64,000 bases of DNA from Eledone cirrhosa (GCA_964016885.1 OZ024742.1:304420001-304484000), one strand, 5' to 3'; shown: positions 1 to 14,838, numbered from the stretch's first letter. Program-made: numbers and translations. The notes: generated by a model from the letters alone, not told the origin.

Positions 1-158
1 TAATGAATACGTAACTCGGTCTCTGCATCAGCCAGGGAACACTACATCTACGATGGAGGGTTTGCATAAGGCCCTCGGCCTTATGCTTTAATTTATTGCA
101 TCATCGTTTACTAATCGGAATCACCAGTTCTATCAATTAATAAACAACTGAACATGAA

Positions 159-473
<315 letters not shown>

Positions 474-849
474 TGTGTGAGAGCGAAATAGAGAGAGAGT
501 AGAGATACAGCAATATAAGTTTTCATTAAAAATCCACGTTCAATATACTTCGATTCTAACAGTACCTCCTTAGATACATAACACCTTATCACTTATACAC
601 ACTTAGAATATCATAATTCACAAACATTTTGGCATAGAAATTCCTATAATTACAGATCTAAGTTTATATAAATATATATATACAAATACAGACACAGGTA
701 TGTTGTTTACTAATATATATATACTGTCGAAATGCCGGAGCTCAGCCGTCGGGGTCCTGACACATTTCGTATTACCCACTCTACTACGCCAAATATTGAG
801 TACTCTGGTGCGTTATGGTCCACCTGGTATCTTACCACACCCAATTTGT

Positions 850-880
<31 letters not shown>

Positions 881-1347
881 GTGTGTATAAATATACATAT
901 ATATATTATATATATCGTACTGAATTTGCTTTGATCTTTTTATTTATTTACTTTTTGCATGGCACACACAAACACTCACACACATATTTCTCTGCCATAT
1001 ATATGTATATATATATATTTCTTTATTAAAATAACAGATTAAAGTTTAAGCAAAGAATCGCTGCTTTCACCCTTATATATAATGAATTTTCTTAGGAATA
1101 AGCATGATGTAAGAACGTTATTTACCAGTAATACACTGGGATCATTGCTGACCTTGTGCCTAAAGTAGAAACAGTTATTTACCTATGATGTCTTATACAA
1201 TTATTTCACATGTGGATATATATGTCCGAAGACTATTACGAACTTATTCTACAAATACAGAACGGGAAAACATTTACTTAACACACATAGATATAAGCAG
1301 GCACATACAATATATATACGCATACACACACTCACCCACCCTCCCCA

Positions 1348-1434
<87 letters not shown>

Positions 1435-1486
1435 CAGGAATTGAACTTTCAAGATCGTTGAGGTATGTCATATATCAATTCATGTA

Positions 1487-1548
1487 TTTTATCTGACGAG
1501 GACGTACTGAAAAAACCCCACAGAACCTTCGAAATATATATAATAAAA
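1487..1548 (+). ncRNA. Minimal type I hammerhead motif, family 2 (element 1431-1690)
   Basis: TTTTAT-CTGACGA-ggacgtactg...cagaaccttc-GAAA-TATATA-TA-ATAAAA. Helix I TTTTAT/ATAAAA, palindromic loop 3. The homologous copy at ~7730-7783 (-) shows helix II gtactg/cagtac. Confidence 0.55.
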
Positions 1549-1777
1549 CATATATTTTGATTATGTGAATGTCTTCATTTATTATTATTCGGAATAGTAA
1601 TAACTCCGGAAAACTTGACTGTAGAGTGCTTTTAATCTATTGTAAAACTATATTCATTGAGTAATCAATGAACCATATTAAACTTTGGATATATATGTAT
1701 ATATATATATATATATATATTTATTTTTATATATGTGTGTGTGTGTGTATATGTGCATGTACATATATATGTATATA

Positions 1778-1864
<87 letters not shown>

Positions 1865-2081
1865 ATAACATTTAGAAAGATGCTGATATTACATAAATAT
1901 ACACATACCAAATAAGGTGCAAGAGGTGTTTGCATATTTGTGGTATACTTCCCTAAATATATCTGAGATTCTACGTATATGTGTTTATAAGTATTTCTAT
2001 GTAAAACTATCTATGTTTGTATGCCTATCGGAATATGTATATATATATAAACACACAGACACACGCACACACGCGCGCACG

Positions 2082-2220
<139 letters not shown>

Positions 2221-3420
2221 GTATATGCATATATATATATATACATAGAAGTACTTATAGCCATAGATATATTTACACAGAAATACATACAAACATGAAC
2301 CTAAATACATACATACTTTTTGATGCATATGATTTCTCTGATACAAACGTGTATATGTATGTATATATTCATATGTATGTACCTGCGTGTATGTATTCTT
2401 GTCAGCAATTGTTTTCCCTCTCTCTGTATTTGTAGAATACATTCGTAATTTTCTTCGGACATATATCGACAGAGTCCCTAATTCTATATGGTATAGTAGG
2501 TAAGTAACGATCCCACATCATCGGTATTCCTAGGAACATTCTTTTCTCTTCTCCACCTCTCTCGTTATCCTCTTCTTATATTGATTTCTCCCATAAACAC
2601 AATGCCACGGATCTATATATGGAACGAAAATACGATTCTGTGACATTCATATCTTTCTCTAAGTTATTCGTGACGTAAGCAAAATGGAATGAATATCTAC
2701 AACTGGGAATCGAAACCTTACTGATGGCTCGGCTCAATGGGACATTAACTCAACATTATGTTATTGTGTTATTATACACTTCTTTCTCGTCTATCCGTCC
2801 ATTTATCCTCCGTTTCATTTCCCTCACTCCTACTTCAATGTTCTGCCGTTAAACAGAGTCGGCTGTCTCTCTCAATACAGCAGCCGTTCGTTCTTCCTCA
2901 CTGCACTGTTTCAAAGGAAACCAGCCGTCCTATTTCTTTCTTCTCGCAATGCACCTACCGCTAGCCACGCAGGTCTTACTTCGTTGGCAATGGTTGTATA
3001 AATATTGATTTCTTTCATGTGAACAATGCTTCAGATTCACAGTGAAGTGCGTGAGGTAAAGGGGTGAATATGATTGTGCGACATTCATGCAACTTTCCTC
3101 TGTTATTTATATTTCTAACATTAGATAATCTAATGATTTGGGTATGGTGTGTAATGTGAAGTTGTGACTTTCATACATAAACTCAGGAATTTATTTTCCC
3201 TCTGTCCTATTGTTACGATTATATTTCAGTTTACTAGGCCAGTAGTCCAATGTTTGTTGGAGTGTATGCATAGCCAGTCGGAAACATGAGATGGCTGATT
3301 CGATAAAAAAAGAAGAGAAATAGTCGAGCAGAACATTAAGTGTTCAATATCATTTCACTTACATCCTTACGTTTTCTCTTAGTTGGCTCTTGTTATTAAG
3401 AAAGGTCAAATATCGTTATT

Positions 3421-3580
3421 GGTAAATAGTACTGCGGGATGAATAGGTACTGTGTAGTATATAGTTACTGCGGAATAAATAGTTCCTATGTAGTAAATAG
3501 TTACTGCGGGGTAAACTGGTACTCTATAATAAAAATGTACTCTGTTGTAAATGTACTCTACATAAAAAGGTACTATATAC
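3421..3580 (+). repeat. ~18-bp degenerate tandem repeat, possibly subterminal repeats of a DNA transposon
   Basis: Repeated gtaaatag(t/g)tactg(c/t)g units; ggggttggcagatctg at 3757-3772 resembles a DNA-transposon terminus. Confidence 0.6.
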
Positions 3581-3994
3581 AGACCCGTCAAATCTCTCCG
3601 TCCCACGAGGAGATCTCCCACCCATTTCGAGATTGGTGAGAGATGTCTTCTCTTGTGAAAATGAGTATAGCTTTCATTATGTAAAATGTCCCCATTTTGC
3701 CTCATTTCTACCCACTTTGGGTTACTTTTTTTCATGGTACTCCCGTTTGGTTTTTAGGGGTTGGCAGATCTGACGTTATAGTAAATAAGTATTGCAGAGA
3801 TTTTAGGAACTGTGGAAGAAAGTTTTACAGCATAGAGATTCAGGAGATTTATCTGAAGGCAATTCCGTCATCTTGCAGCATTTAGACCCTACTTTGTTCC
3901 CTTGAAATGGGCAACAGAAAAGCACTCAATGGAAATATTCATTTCAATATTATAGGTTATAATGATGACATAGACTTACAACAACACAATTTAG

Positions 3995-4080
<86 letters not shown>

Positions 4081-6342
4081 CATTGATTACTGGTAGTTAT
4101 TTTTTATTTAACCAATTCAGCGACTAACTTCACTACAGTCCCTGACTCCCTGCCAGTAAATTCTCTAAATTTGTTCAAAGATGCAGAATGCGGTCCAGTT
4201 GGTTCATAACATACTTTGGGTTGTTCAGGTAAAGATCTATCTCTTTCGGTGTTGCATAATATAATTAAAAGTACATTTGTATTATGGTGGTCCAATAAGT
4301 TTTCCTCGAGTAGTTTATGATATATCCTTTGAAAACCGTTGCGCTGATTAGTTTAGTCCATTAAGCAGTAAATATGTAATGCAGTTACTGAATCCTCAGC
4401 AATATACATATTGTAACCGATTAAAGAGTTAGAGACATTTGAATATAGTGCACCATACTATATCTGTTACTGTATCTAGTATATTACTGCAGTTTTGTCA
4501 ATTAAAAATACGCTGTTGTTGACCTCAGTCACCCCAGTAATGATAAAGACATCCCATAAATATACACTTTCAATTTATTTGGCTCTATAATACCCTTTTA
4601 TTAATCTGCAATCTATTTATATCAAATAAATCTAATATACTACATCTTTACAGAATATTGTCTCAGGTTGTCAACGTCTCACGTTTGCAGATATAGCGCT
4701 GTATTCACAGCCAATATACTTATTTCTCGATGGCACTATCTAGTAGATATTGTACAACTATGGAAACATGACAAGTGTTTCGGGTAAACGGGACTGCGAT
4801 GATACGATAGATGTATTATAAATCTACGAAAAAGAAGGACCGTCTACAAAGGATCATCCTATACTTCCAATCATATACATTATTAAACAGTGAATGAAAT
4901 ATTGGATATTATAGTCATAGATATAATGTTTGAAAACATTGTTATTGTCATGATTAGGATGATTTATTATATGTCTATTCATTCAGAGTCTGTAAATTTA
5001 AGCAACAATTTAAAAGAATCGAAAAATCACTAACCCTGATAGAAATTGCAGCGAAAGTTTCTCCTATGTCACAACCCATCGCCGTAAAAAGTGAAGAACA
5101 TTGAATAATAAGGAGGATGTAGTCAGAAATGGAAGGCATTTTGATTTTAAATCTGCTTGATCAGAGCCGACATATGCCACACAAATAGATATCGAATGTA
5201 GCTTAATCTCATAGAAACAGCTACCAAATGTCATTCTCACCCGACAGACCAACCTTATAAATATAATGGAAAACTTCATTTAATATACACTACGAATAAA
5301 ACATTATAGAAGATGGTGATGGCTGTAACATTATAGATCTATATGGTGATGGATAGCTTGCTGTTAAACTAAAAGGAAAGAATGTGGCCCAATATCTTAA
5401 GAAGCTAAAGAATCTAATAAATTGTTCACAATTGGAAATCTGTACCAAATAATCGGGAAATAGCATAATACTAATATTAGTACTACGATCTTGGTGGTTC
5501 AATTTTGTTTATATAAATCTCTTTCCAATGAATAAGACCAATACTTATTGGGGACTCTCAGAGTCTGTTGAATTGAATTCAGATTATTACTTTTTTTATT
5601 ATTACAATTCATGAAGAAGAGTGGACAGATGAAGTGTACTACGTTAGATATAAGATAACGTTGACTTGATAAGAAGTTTCCTTTGCAATCAAGTAGCTAC
5701 TGGTTCTGGCTAGTAGGCTATGGTAGAATTCACCAGAGTTACATCACATTAGACAAAGTGTCTTATACCACAAATTCGAGCCGAAGCAAGATTGCGTGTT
5801 ACATTGTTAGACAGAAGAGTTTGATGCCGGTTTGTAGGTCTGTAATATTTTTGTCTCGTTTTAATTTTAGTAGGAGGCAAACTTAATGATTCTCCCGATG
5901 TAACAACACTACGTGTTTTTCAGATGATGTTACGGGAGTCTATTCTGTTGTAATAATTCGAAACAAGTCAATGATTTGAGTATAAGGCACGGATCTCGGG
6001 TTGTCCCACACATATGCAACAATGGTTCTGCCAAAAATAATCAATGTGCGTTGTCAATTTGCCCATGTTTAAGACAGACAATGCTGCACAGAAGTACATA
6101 TACAACTATAGTATTTGTGTTGCACCATTGACTTTATTGTATGCATAAGATGATAGTAATAACAGCAAGAAGCATCACTAACCTTTATACTCGAGGTGGG
6201 GTGGACATTCGATTGTATAATAGTTTATTGATATTGTAATGATGAAGGGCATTTTAGGTCATAAAAAATGAGCCAGAAAAACACAAACTAGTTTCACACA
6301 TGCTATAACGGTTTTGTTAATTCACCATCCTATTAATATCAA

Positions 6343-6945
6343 TAATTGTTTTTACTTTTTGTACAAGGACAGCAATTACCCCAGTGCATTACTGGTACTT
6401 TATTTTATCGATCCCCGTAAGGATGAAAGGCAAAGTTAAACTCGGCGGGATTTGAACTCAGATCATAAAGGGCCATAACTCTATGCTGAAAAACAGTGCA
6501 TGGCGATCTACCGATACTGCCAATCAGCTGCTCGATGGTTTCTAATTGGGCACAAGGCCAACAGTTTTGTGGAGAGGTGTGTGTTGCTGGTGCATTATTT
6601 TCTCAATCTTGTAGGAATGAAAGGCAATGCTAACTCGGTGGGATTTGAATTCAGAACGTAAAGGGTCATAACTCTATGCTAAAAAGCATAGTGTCCGGCG
6701 TTCTACCGATACTGCCAATCCACCGCCCCTTATGATATCTGTATTAATGATAGTTAATTTAGACACAAGACCAACATGTAAGGAGGCAAAGTCGATAATA
6801 ATTAGCCCAGTACTTTACAGGCATTTAATTAAACAAATCTAGAAAAATTGAATTCAGAGGGATTTGAACCAAGAACATATAAAATAGCTCCAGAATATCA
6901 TAAAATATTTTGTTCGTCGCTCTAACCATATTACAATTCGCTATC
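6343..6945 (-). mobile_element. Cluster of three SINE family A copies (6343-6533, 6536-6730, diverged 6750-6945)
   Basis: Repeated ggatttgaactcag and accgatactgccaatc motifs. Confidence 0.8.
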
Positions 6946-7242
6946 ATTCTAATAGCAGTAATAATAATTTAGCTGCAGAAAAGAAAACTCTTCATTCACT
7001 CTATGAGTAAACAACAAAACAACAGTAACAGTTTCTCGTTTATCAAAAATATATTCGGTGAGATTAGACGGAAAGAAGTGAGAACATCTGAAATCAAAGA
7101 CCATGGGGACAGAGGCGAGTGAGAAAGGGAATATGTAAATGCAATCAATATGAAGAATGTAGTGGGAAATTCATGACACCAAAGAAGATAAAGCGTTTCC
7201 CTTAACGCGAGAATAAAGTGCAGAACATATTCACCATAAGAA

Positions 7243-7276
<34 letters not shown>

Positions 7277-7634
7277 ATTTATTTATATAATGATGCGTTT
7301 ATATATATGTGTGTGTATATATAAATTTCTATATGTATATACATGTATACATAAATTTGTATATGTATACATAAATCTTTATATATACATGTTTATATAT
7401 ATGAATATATGTAAATATATATATATATACACATATGGATATATTATATATACATATATATATATATAGAAAAATGTATATATATCCATACGTGTGTATA
7501 TGTCTCGCGATGCGTGCGTGTGTGTGTATATGTGGATATAATAATATACATATGTGTATATATATATATATTTATATATTTGTCACTAACATACAGAACA
7601 TCTCAATGAAAAGAAAGCAAAATATCTCTATCGA

Positions 7635-7670
<36 letters not shown>

Positions 7671-7677
<7 letters not shown>

Positions 7678-8030
7678 CAAAATGGCACAAATGAAAAATA
7701 TTCTCATAATCAAAATATATACTTTCTCATATATATTTCAAAGGTACTGTGTTGTCTTTTCAGTACGTCCTCATCAAACAAAATATATGATTTGATATAT
7801 AACATACCGCTACGGTCTTGATTTTTCAATTCCAGTATTGAAAAAACAACACATTACCTTTGAAATATATATAATAAAGTATACATTTTGATTATGAGAA
7901 TACTTTTCATTTGTTAACATTTTGAATAATATCAAAAATTCCAGAAAAACTTTTTAACTGTTGAGTGCTTCTAATCTATTGTAAAATTGTATTCGTTGAG
8001 TAATCAACGAACCATACTAATCTTTGATTA
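7671..8030. mobile_element. Fold-back element family 2 (homologous to 1431-1690)
   Basis: 7671-7835 is the reverse complement of ~1435-1595, and 7835-8030 matches ~1504-1690 in direct orientation. Flanked by (TA)n. Confidence 0.7.
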
Positions 8031-8044
8031 TATATATATATAAC

Positions 8045-8103
<59 letters not shown>

Positions 8104-8104
<1 letters not shown>

Positions 8105-8411
8105 ATATACATATAGAACAACTTATGCAAAAATACCGAACGGGTAGATTACTAGTAAAGACAACTAATACAGGAAAGCTTCATTGGCATCGTTTTCCTG
8201 GCTGCAGTTTCGAGATTCAAGAAACACCATTAACCATTTGAATACATTGAGACAAGAAATACTGGAAGTAGAATTCTCTCTTTATTGAGATGGTCAATGT
8301 GTTTTCTTACTTCAGGAAACTGCAATCAGTGATTAAATGTCTTGTATTAGTTCGCTTTACTTTTAATCTACCGGTGCAGTAACTTTGCATACGTTATTCT
8401 ATATGTATATG
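8104..8411. mobile_element. Diverged fold-back element with a further partial copy at 8665-8824
   Basis: Arms catatacatatagaacaacttatgcaaa / tttgcatacgttattctatatgtatatg, and gtaaagacaactaatacagga / tcttgtattagttcgctttac. Contains a GAAACTGCAG motif. Confidence 0.55.
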
Positions 8412-8823
8412 CTACCCTGATTTAGACATATTTGTCTGTCTTTTCATTAAGATGCTTTGTCTTTTAGTGAAAAATACCTTCTGTGTGATATCGACTACTC
8501 TTAATTATTGAGGTGAAAGACGGGATTAATGTGAGCTATTTCTAGTATATTTTTGAACCCAAAATATTGTGCGTAATATACAAATAGATGGTTGTTCTAC
8601 ACATGCATTTAATTTACTAACAGGTGAATATTGTTTTTTTTCTTCTATAATTTCATTTGAAAGCCTCTGAGGAAAGAACTCTTCTTCCTGTATTGCTTGT
8701 CTTAATGTAGTGAGATGGTCAATGATGTTTCTTGATTCGCAAATCTGCAGTCATGGAAATGAAGAGAGTGATGCATTCTTAGGCTTTACCTAACCGCTCG
8801 ACAACTTTTCATAATTTATTCTA

Positions 8824-8854
<31 letters not shown>

Positions 8855-8894
8855 GCCGTTTCGACCTGATATATATATTTATATATATATATAA

Positions 8895-9020
8895 CGAAGG
8901 AAGTGTGGTAAGGAACCACATGGTCCATAACGCACCAGAGTACTCAATACTTAGGATAGTAGAGTGGGTAATAGGAAAATGTTTAACCCTGACTGTGTCC
9001 AGAAATAGCCGTCGAAACGG

Positions 9021-9022
<2 letters not shown>
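8895..9022 (+). mobile_element. (TA)n-associated short interspersed repeat family 4 (other copies 725-845, 9310-9430, 16380-16513, 25636-25693, 31240-31340, 47905-48000, 60363-60455)
   Basis: Shared gtggtaaggaaccagatggaccataacgcaccagagtactcaatacttagggtagtagagtgggtaat and gtccagaaatagccgtcgaaacggc modules; nearly always abutting (TA)n. Confidence 0.75.
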
Positions 9023-9100
<78 letters not shown>

Positions 9101-9425
9101 TGTGTGAAGTTGGCGGGTACGTTGCTCTGAGGAATACCAACAGTGTGAAACAGATCTGTCAGCTTCTCTCCCTTCCTTCGCTAAAAAAAGAAGTGACATA
9201 GTCACTACTTTAAAATAATAGCGCAAGGTCTTCAAAATGTTTTTAATTAAACATACAGTATACTGCCAAATATATATACATACATTTATATATATATATA
9301 TATATATAACGAAGGAAATGTGGTAAGGAACCAGATGGGCCATAACGCACCAAAGTACTCAATACTTAGGGTAGTAGAGTGGGTAATAGGAACGAGTGGG
9401 ACTCCTCGTTGGGGTCCCACTCGTT

Positions 9426-9556
<131 letters not shown>

Positions 9557-10701
9557 AGAGAGAGAGAACGAGAGAGAGCGAGCGAGAATAACTATATATA
9601 TGTGTCTGTGATATATTCGAGTAGATTCACACAGAAACATTTTGTAGAAAAGATTACCTCCGTTTAAATTTCATACCGTCTCCATATTTGAGAAATATCA
9701 AATTTCATATCCTTGTGACACCTCTTACATAGAATTGTTTCTTCATTTATTGACAATTCAAGGCAACTCATCATCATTCAATTTACCCGTGTAGAAGTCA
9801 CATGTTACTTAATCAGGGAAAATGCAGAGGGCATTTACGTAATCAGGCACTTCCTTGAACCGAACGTATCTAATAGAATGAAGTCCGCATATATGAGCTA
9901 GAATGTTGTGGTAAAGAGAACACTCGATGAAGTGTACAACGCAAAAACAAAAGAATTAAAGGGACTGTACCTCCAATAGACTTCTACATAGTTTCCGTCT
10001 GTAAAATTTACATTACGGGGATGTGATTGAAAGGAGAATGCTATAATCACTAAATAGTTGCCTGAGCACATTGCGGTGGGTTCCAATGACAAAACATATG
10101 GCTGGACGCCAAAGGATTGTGTACATGTTTTTGAAAACTCTTTCTGAGAACGTGAGAGAAAACAAAACACCTGCAGGCAATTGTTATCTATTCCTAAATA
10201 TATGTGGAGATTATTTCAAGAAATCTCGTATAGATATTTATGTATGTATATATATATATATGTGTGTGTGAGTGTGTGTGGGTGTATATATATATATAAA
10301 AATATATATATAAATACACCTATATATATATATAAAGAAACGCTGCACAGATTTTACGTGCGCAACCAACCAGCAGTAAAACTACGGATGGACCCCGAGT
10401 AACATGGTTAGATAACATCCATGAGTTCAGCTAGTCTCGCTTGGGTTTACAGCCAGATCAATTACCGAGGCTTGCATCTGACAGGATTCGCTCGAAGGAA
10501 TGTTTGAGGACTCTGCCCCACGACCCTCTCAAGAAGAAGAAGAAGAAGAAGAAGAAGAAGAAGAAGAAGAAGAAGAAGAAGAAGAAGAAGAAGAAGAAGA
10601 AGAAGAAGAAGAAGAAGAAGAAGAAGGAGGAGCTGTTACATTGAATGAATATCTGGAGAACTCATCATCTTAAGCGACATCTCTCTCTCTCTCTCTCTCT
10701 A

Positions 10702-10816
<115 letters not shown>

Positions 10817-10892
10817 TATAGATGTGTGCGTGTGAAGCTATACCCTTCTGTCGCTTAAGATGATGAGTTCTCCAGATGTTCATTCAATGTAA

Positions 10893-11290
10893 CAGCTTCT
10901 TCTTCTTCTTCTTCTTCTTCTTCTTCTTCTTCTTCTTCTTCTTCTTCTTCTTCTTCTTCTTCTTCTTCTTCTTGAGAGGGTCGTGGGGGCAGAGTCCTCA
11001 AACATTCCTTCGAGCGAATCCTGTCAGACGCAACCCTCGGTAAATGGTCTGGCTGTAAACCCAAGCGAGACTAGCTGAACTCCTGGATGTTATCTAACCA
11101 TGTTACTCGGGGTCCATCCGTAGTTTTACTGCTGGTTGGTTGCGCACGTAAAATCTGTGCAGCGTTTCTTTCCTGAGATATTCTAACAGTATGCGTGTAA
11201 TATCCGAGCTGTGATCTCTCAAATGGAGAAGTTCCGGTTCTACTTGGAGCAACCATCTAATCCCCAATGCATTGCTTTGATATTAGATAT
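10893..11290 (-). mobile_element. Second RTE-like LINE 3' end with (AAG)n tail
   Basis: Minus translation ...LGYYTHTVRISQERNAAQILRAQPT...GPRVTWLDNI...RVASDRIRSK, followed by (GAA)n. Inverted duplicate at 10334-10630 and an older relative at 34485-34720. Confidence 0.7.
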
Positions 11291-11820
11291 TCCAAAAATA
11301 CGTTGGAAAAACCCCCTTTTATTTGCGATTATATTTTTTCCATCGATACCCAAAATTTCAGACCATAGTTAAGTGTTGGCTTTCACACCTACCTCCCCTC
11401 TTCTGATTACCGAATGCTGAAACTGGCGCATTACTACATCAGCACCTGCTATTCTTGCACTAAATTCAGCCTCCTGTCTCACCATCTGGTACATTTTTCA
11501 GACCGGTGAAGACTAGGCTTGCTCATGAAATTAATGTGAAAATGTTTGATCACAGATATAAGTGACATTTTAATTACTACTACTCCCTATCCTATAGGCT
11601 TTCAAATAACTCCCGTCTACTTAATTTCACTCGCTGTGCATGGGTCCATCCGAAGATATGGCAAATTATACTTGCCCAAAAGACGACGCAGTGGGATAAA
11701 ACCCAGGATGTAATGATTGTGATGAGATCTCCCTAGCCGTTCGGCCAAGCTGCATTCACGCAACTTAAAAGATAGATTATGAATTGGTTTTATATATATA
11801 AATTATTATGTATTATATCA

Positions 11821-12373
11821 ACTAGCAGAAAAACCACCCTTCGGGTGGTTTTCTGCTCGCATGTGTAGTGTGTATATTGATATTATACGCAAGTATATAT
11901 ACATGTAGATATGATACATCAAATAAAATCGTAGTTGACAATATAAACAGAAATTGAACGAAGACGTTGTTACACTGTCTTATGTAATCAGTAACGTAAT
12001 CCATGATACATTAAAAAAAGACGATATTATATATAAATTGCATTAGGAGAAAATTAGTGACAGAAAATTAGTATGTTTATTTAAGTGATCGCCACCGGAA
12101 GTATTGACATCACACACTCTCTCTCTCTTTCTATATATATGGTAGTTGAAGTGGTGGTGGTGGCAACGATATAACGGAAGTGCAACTTTGAAAAGAAGTC
12201 AATTTTAAATTATTTATTTTTACGAAATTATTTTTGTTTACGAAATTTAGTAGATAAATTATGTAATATTCATTCATTATTTATTCAAAATAATCCAACT
12301 TATTTTACTAACGGGATAAAAAAAGAATAAACCGTACGCAGTCCCCCAGACCTTCCTTTATTATAGTTTAGAT
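11821..12373 (+). mobile_element. Probable non-autonomous Helitron/Helentron-like element
   Basis: Starts ACTAG with a strong hairpin (agcagaaaaaccaccc-ttcg-ggtggttttctgct, 11824-11857), has an internal (CA)(CT)(TA) microsatellite at ~12110-12140, and ends cctttattatagtttagat. Confidence 0.45.
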
Positions 12374-12379
12374 AGCATT

Positions 12380-12600
12380 AGGGCACTGGATTGGCAGTAT
12401 CGGTAGAGGGTCGGATGACATGCTTTGCAACATAGAGTTACGGCCCTTTATGATCTGAGTTCAAATCCCGCCGAGGTTAAGTTTGCCTTTCATCCTTACG
12501 GGGTCAATAAGATAAAGTACCAGTCACGCACTGGAGTCGATTTAATCGACTTTTCACTCCTCCCAAATTGATGGCCTTGTGTCTATGTAAGAAACCATTA
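12380..12600 (+). mobile_element. SINE family A, long subtype
   Basis: Full head and core plus the extra gtcgatttaatcgac palindrome segment. Confidence 0.85.
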
Positions 12601-12720
12601 TAGCAATAGCATTTATTTATTATGTATATTCCAGTTCATCTTTATTTTGTCTGATTAGTGTGACCAATGGTGTATCAGACTATCCTTAATCGCCAGATTA
12701 TAGACCTTTACGGAAGCTGA

Positions 12721-12909
12721 TGAGATATCGGTCGGAACAGTGAACCATGCGATATCGGCCGATCTTCTAAAACATTGGTTATCGGCGGGACTAGTGCTGA
12801 TTTGGTTATCGGCCGAACATCTGGCACATGGGCTATCGGTCGCACATCTGATCAATGGGTTATCGGCAGGTCCTGCTTCCTATGGGCTATCAGTGCGTCC
12901 GAATATAGA
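12721..12909 (+). repeat. 27-bp periodic degenerate tandem array (7 units)
   Basis: Units start at 12721, 12748, 12775, 12802, 12829, 12856 and 12883, each with a TGGG(C/T)TATCGG(C/T)-like head and a variable ~14-nt tail. Confidence 0.8.
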
Positions 12910-13480
12910 TGTGGGGCACACATTTCCTTTTATTGAAATACACCGTTTATCTGAGGACCATACTAGACATTACAACATAGAGTGGTTACATATAAGGAGC
13001 ACAGTGTATGCCTGTAAATTCTGCCCTCATTCCGTTGTCCACTCTATGGCTATCACTATATAAATCACATTACGAAATACACTGTTTAAGTATGTGGAGG
13101 TCAGCGTGCCAGGCAGAAAAGTGTGCACTTTATACCCATTTATACCTATCCAATTTATACCTATCACTATATGCCTGTTCATTCTATTAATACTTAGTAA
13201 GAATGCTAACTGTCGAGAGGACATAGTCAGGGCGTGCTAGTTAAGTATTGATCCCAATGTATTATTTGACCATTGATGCCTATAGAATTTTATCATCCGA
13301 CCTTCAATAAAGCATCGAAAACATCAACCCCTTTTTTCTAGCGGGTTATATCTAGGATCCGATCACCCATGATGAAATCTGACTGACATTTACCTATCAT
13401 TTCTATCAAATCTAGCAACAACGCAAAGGCGACTTTGTTTGGTTAAATAATAAAAACACAAGTAGTGGTAGTAGTAGTAC

Positions 13481-13516
<36 letters not shown>

Positions 13517-13545
13517 CAGCAGCAGAAGCAGCAGCAGCAGCAGCG

Positions 13546-13582
<37 letters not shown>

Positions 13583-13814
13583 CAGCAGCAGCAGGAGCGT
13601 CAGTAGCAGCAGCAGCAGCAGAAGTAGTAGTAGTAGTAGTAAAATCTGCAACACAAATAGAAGTAATAGTATCAAACCTGCTTGTAAACTATTGTTAAAG
13701 TTAAGAGCTACGCTGAATTTATCTGTAGCAAAAGTATAAACTGCAGGCTGGAGTTAGATTAGTAGTAGAAATATAGTTATCAAAGACGCAATACTAGTGT
13801 TTATACATTTGATT

Positions 13815-14160
13815 ATTAATCTGAGTTCAAATCCCGCCTAGGTTAACTTTGCCTTTCATCCTTACGGGGTCGATAAAATAAAGTACCAGTAATGTACTGG
13901 TTAATTTCTGGCTTTGTGCCAATAGTAGAAACAATTATTAATAGTACTAATAGGGAGGTGGTTTAGCAGAATCGGTAGAGCGTCGGACACCATGCTGTGT
14001 AGCATAGAGTTACGGCCCTTCTTGATCTGAGTTCAAATCCCGCCAATGTAAACTTTGCCTTTCATCCTTACGGGGTCGATAAAATAAAGTACCAGTCACG
14101 GACTGGGGTCATTTAATCGACTTCCCCTCCCTCCAAATTGCTGGCCTTGTGCCATTATTA
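13815..14160 (+). mobile_element. Two tandem SINE family A copies (short subtype partial, long subtype full)
   Basis: Two ctgagttcaaatcccgcc...cttacggggtcgataaaataaagtaccagt blocks. Confidence 0.85.
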
Positions 14161-14496
14161 CTAGTATTATTACATTATTTATAGTAATAATACTTGCACA
14201 GAACTGCGCGTATATCGGTACAGTTAAGTATAGAACGGTTCCTAATTCGGTCCCACTACGTTGCATCGTAGATAAATACCTTTAAGAATAGTCTCCGGTG
14301 AAATTACGTAGGAGGGTACTGTATGGAAGTGTGTCGGACGGGCTATATGAATTATTTTCCCACATCTTACGTTAATTATTTTTCCATTTTGACGTTATAG
14401 TCACTTATATATTATGAAATACTGTTGGCTTCATGCTCACAATAATTTCTATACTTTTAATGCAATTCTTAAGTAGAATTAGCGTAGCACATTCAG

Positions 14497-14554
<58 letters not shown>

Positions 14555-14695
14555 CTGAATGTGCTACGCTAATTCTACTTAAGAATTACATTAAAAGTAT
14601 AGGGGATATTGAAATGTTCATCAGACCTTCCACGATAAATCAATGGGTAGGTCTCGTGGGAAGAATCTATGACCATTCAAAATATTAGTAGTAGT

Positions 14696-14730
<35 letters not shown>

Positions 14731-14792
14731 CAGCAGCAGCAGCAGCAGTAGTAGTAATAGTAGTTGTTGTTGTTGTTGTAGCAGTAGTAGTA

Positions 14793-14838
<46 letters not shown>

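Noticed and set aside
11824-11857. Rho-independent terminator-like hairpin with UUCG loop
   Set aside because: Eukaryotic DNA; better explained as the terminal hairpin of a Helitron-like element.
12721-12909. CRISPR-like repeat/spacer appearance
   Set aside because: Eukaryotic context, degenerate ~12-nt repeats, ~14-nt spacers and no cas genes; kept only as a tandem-array finding.
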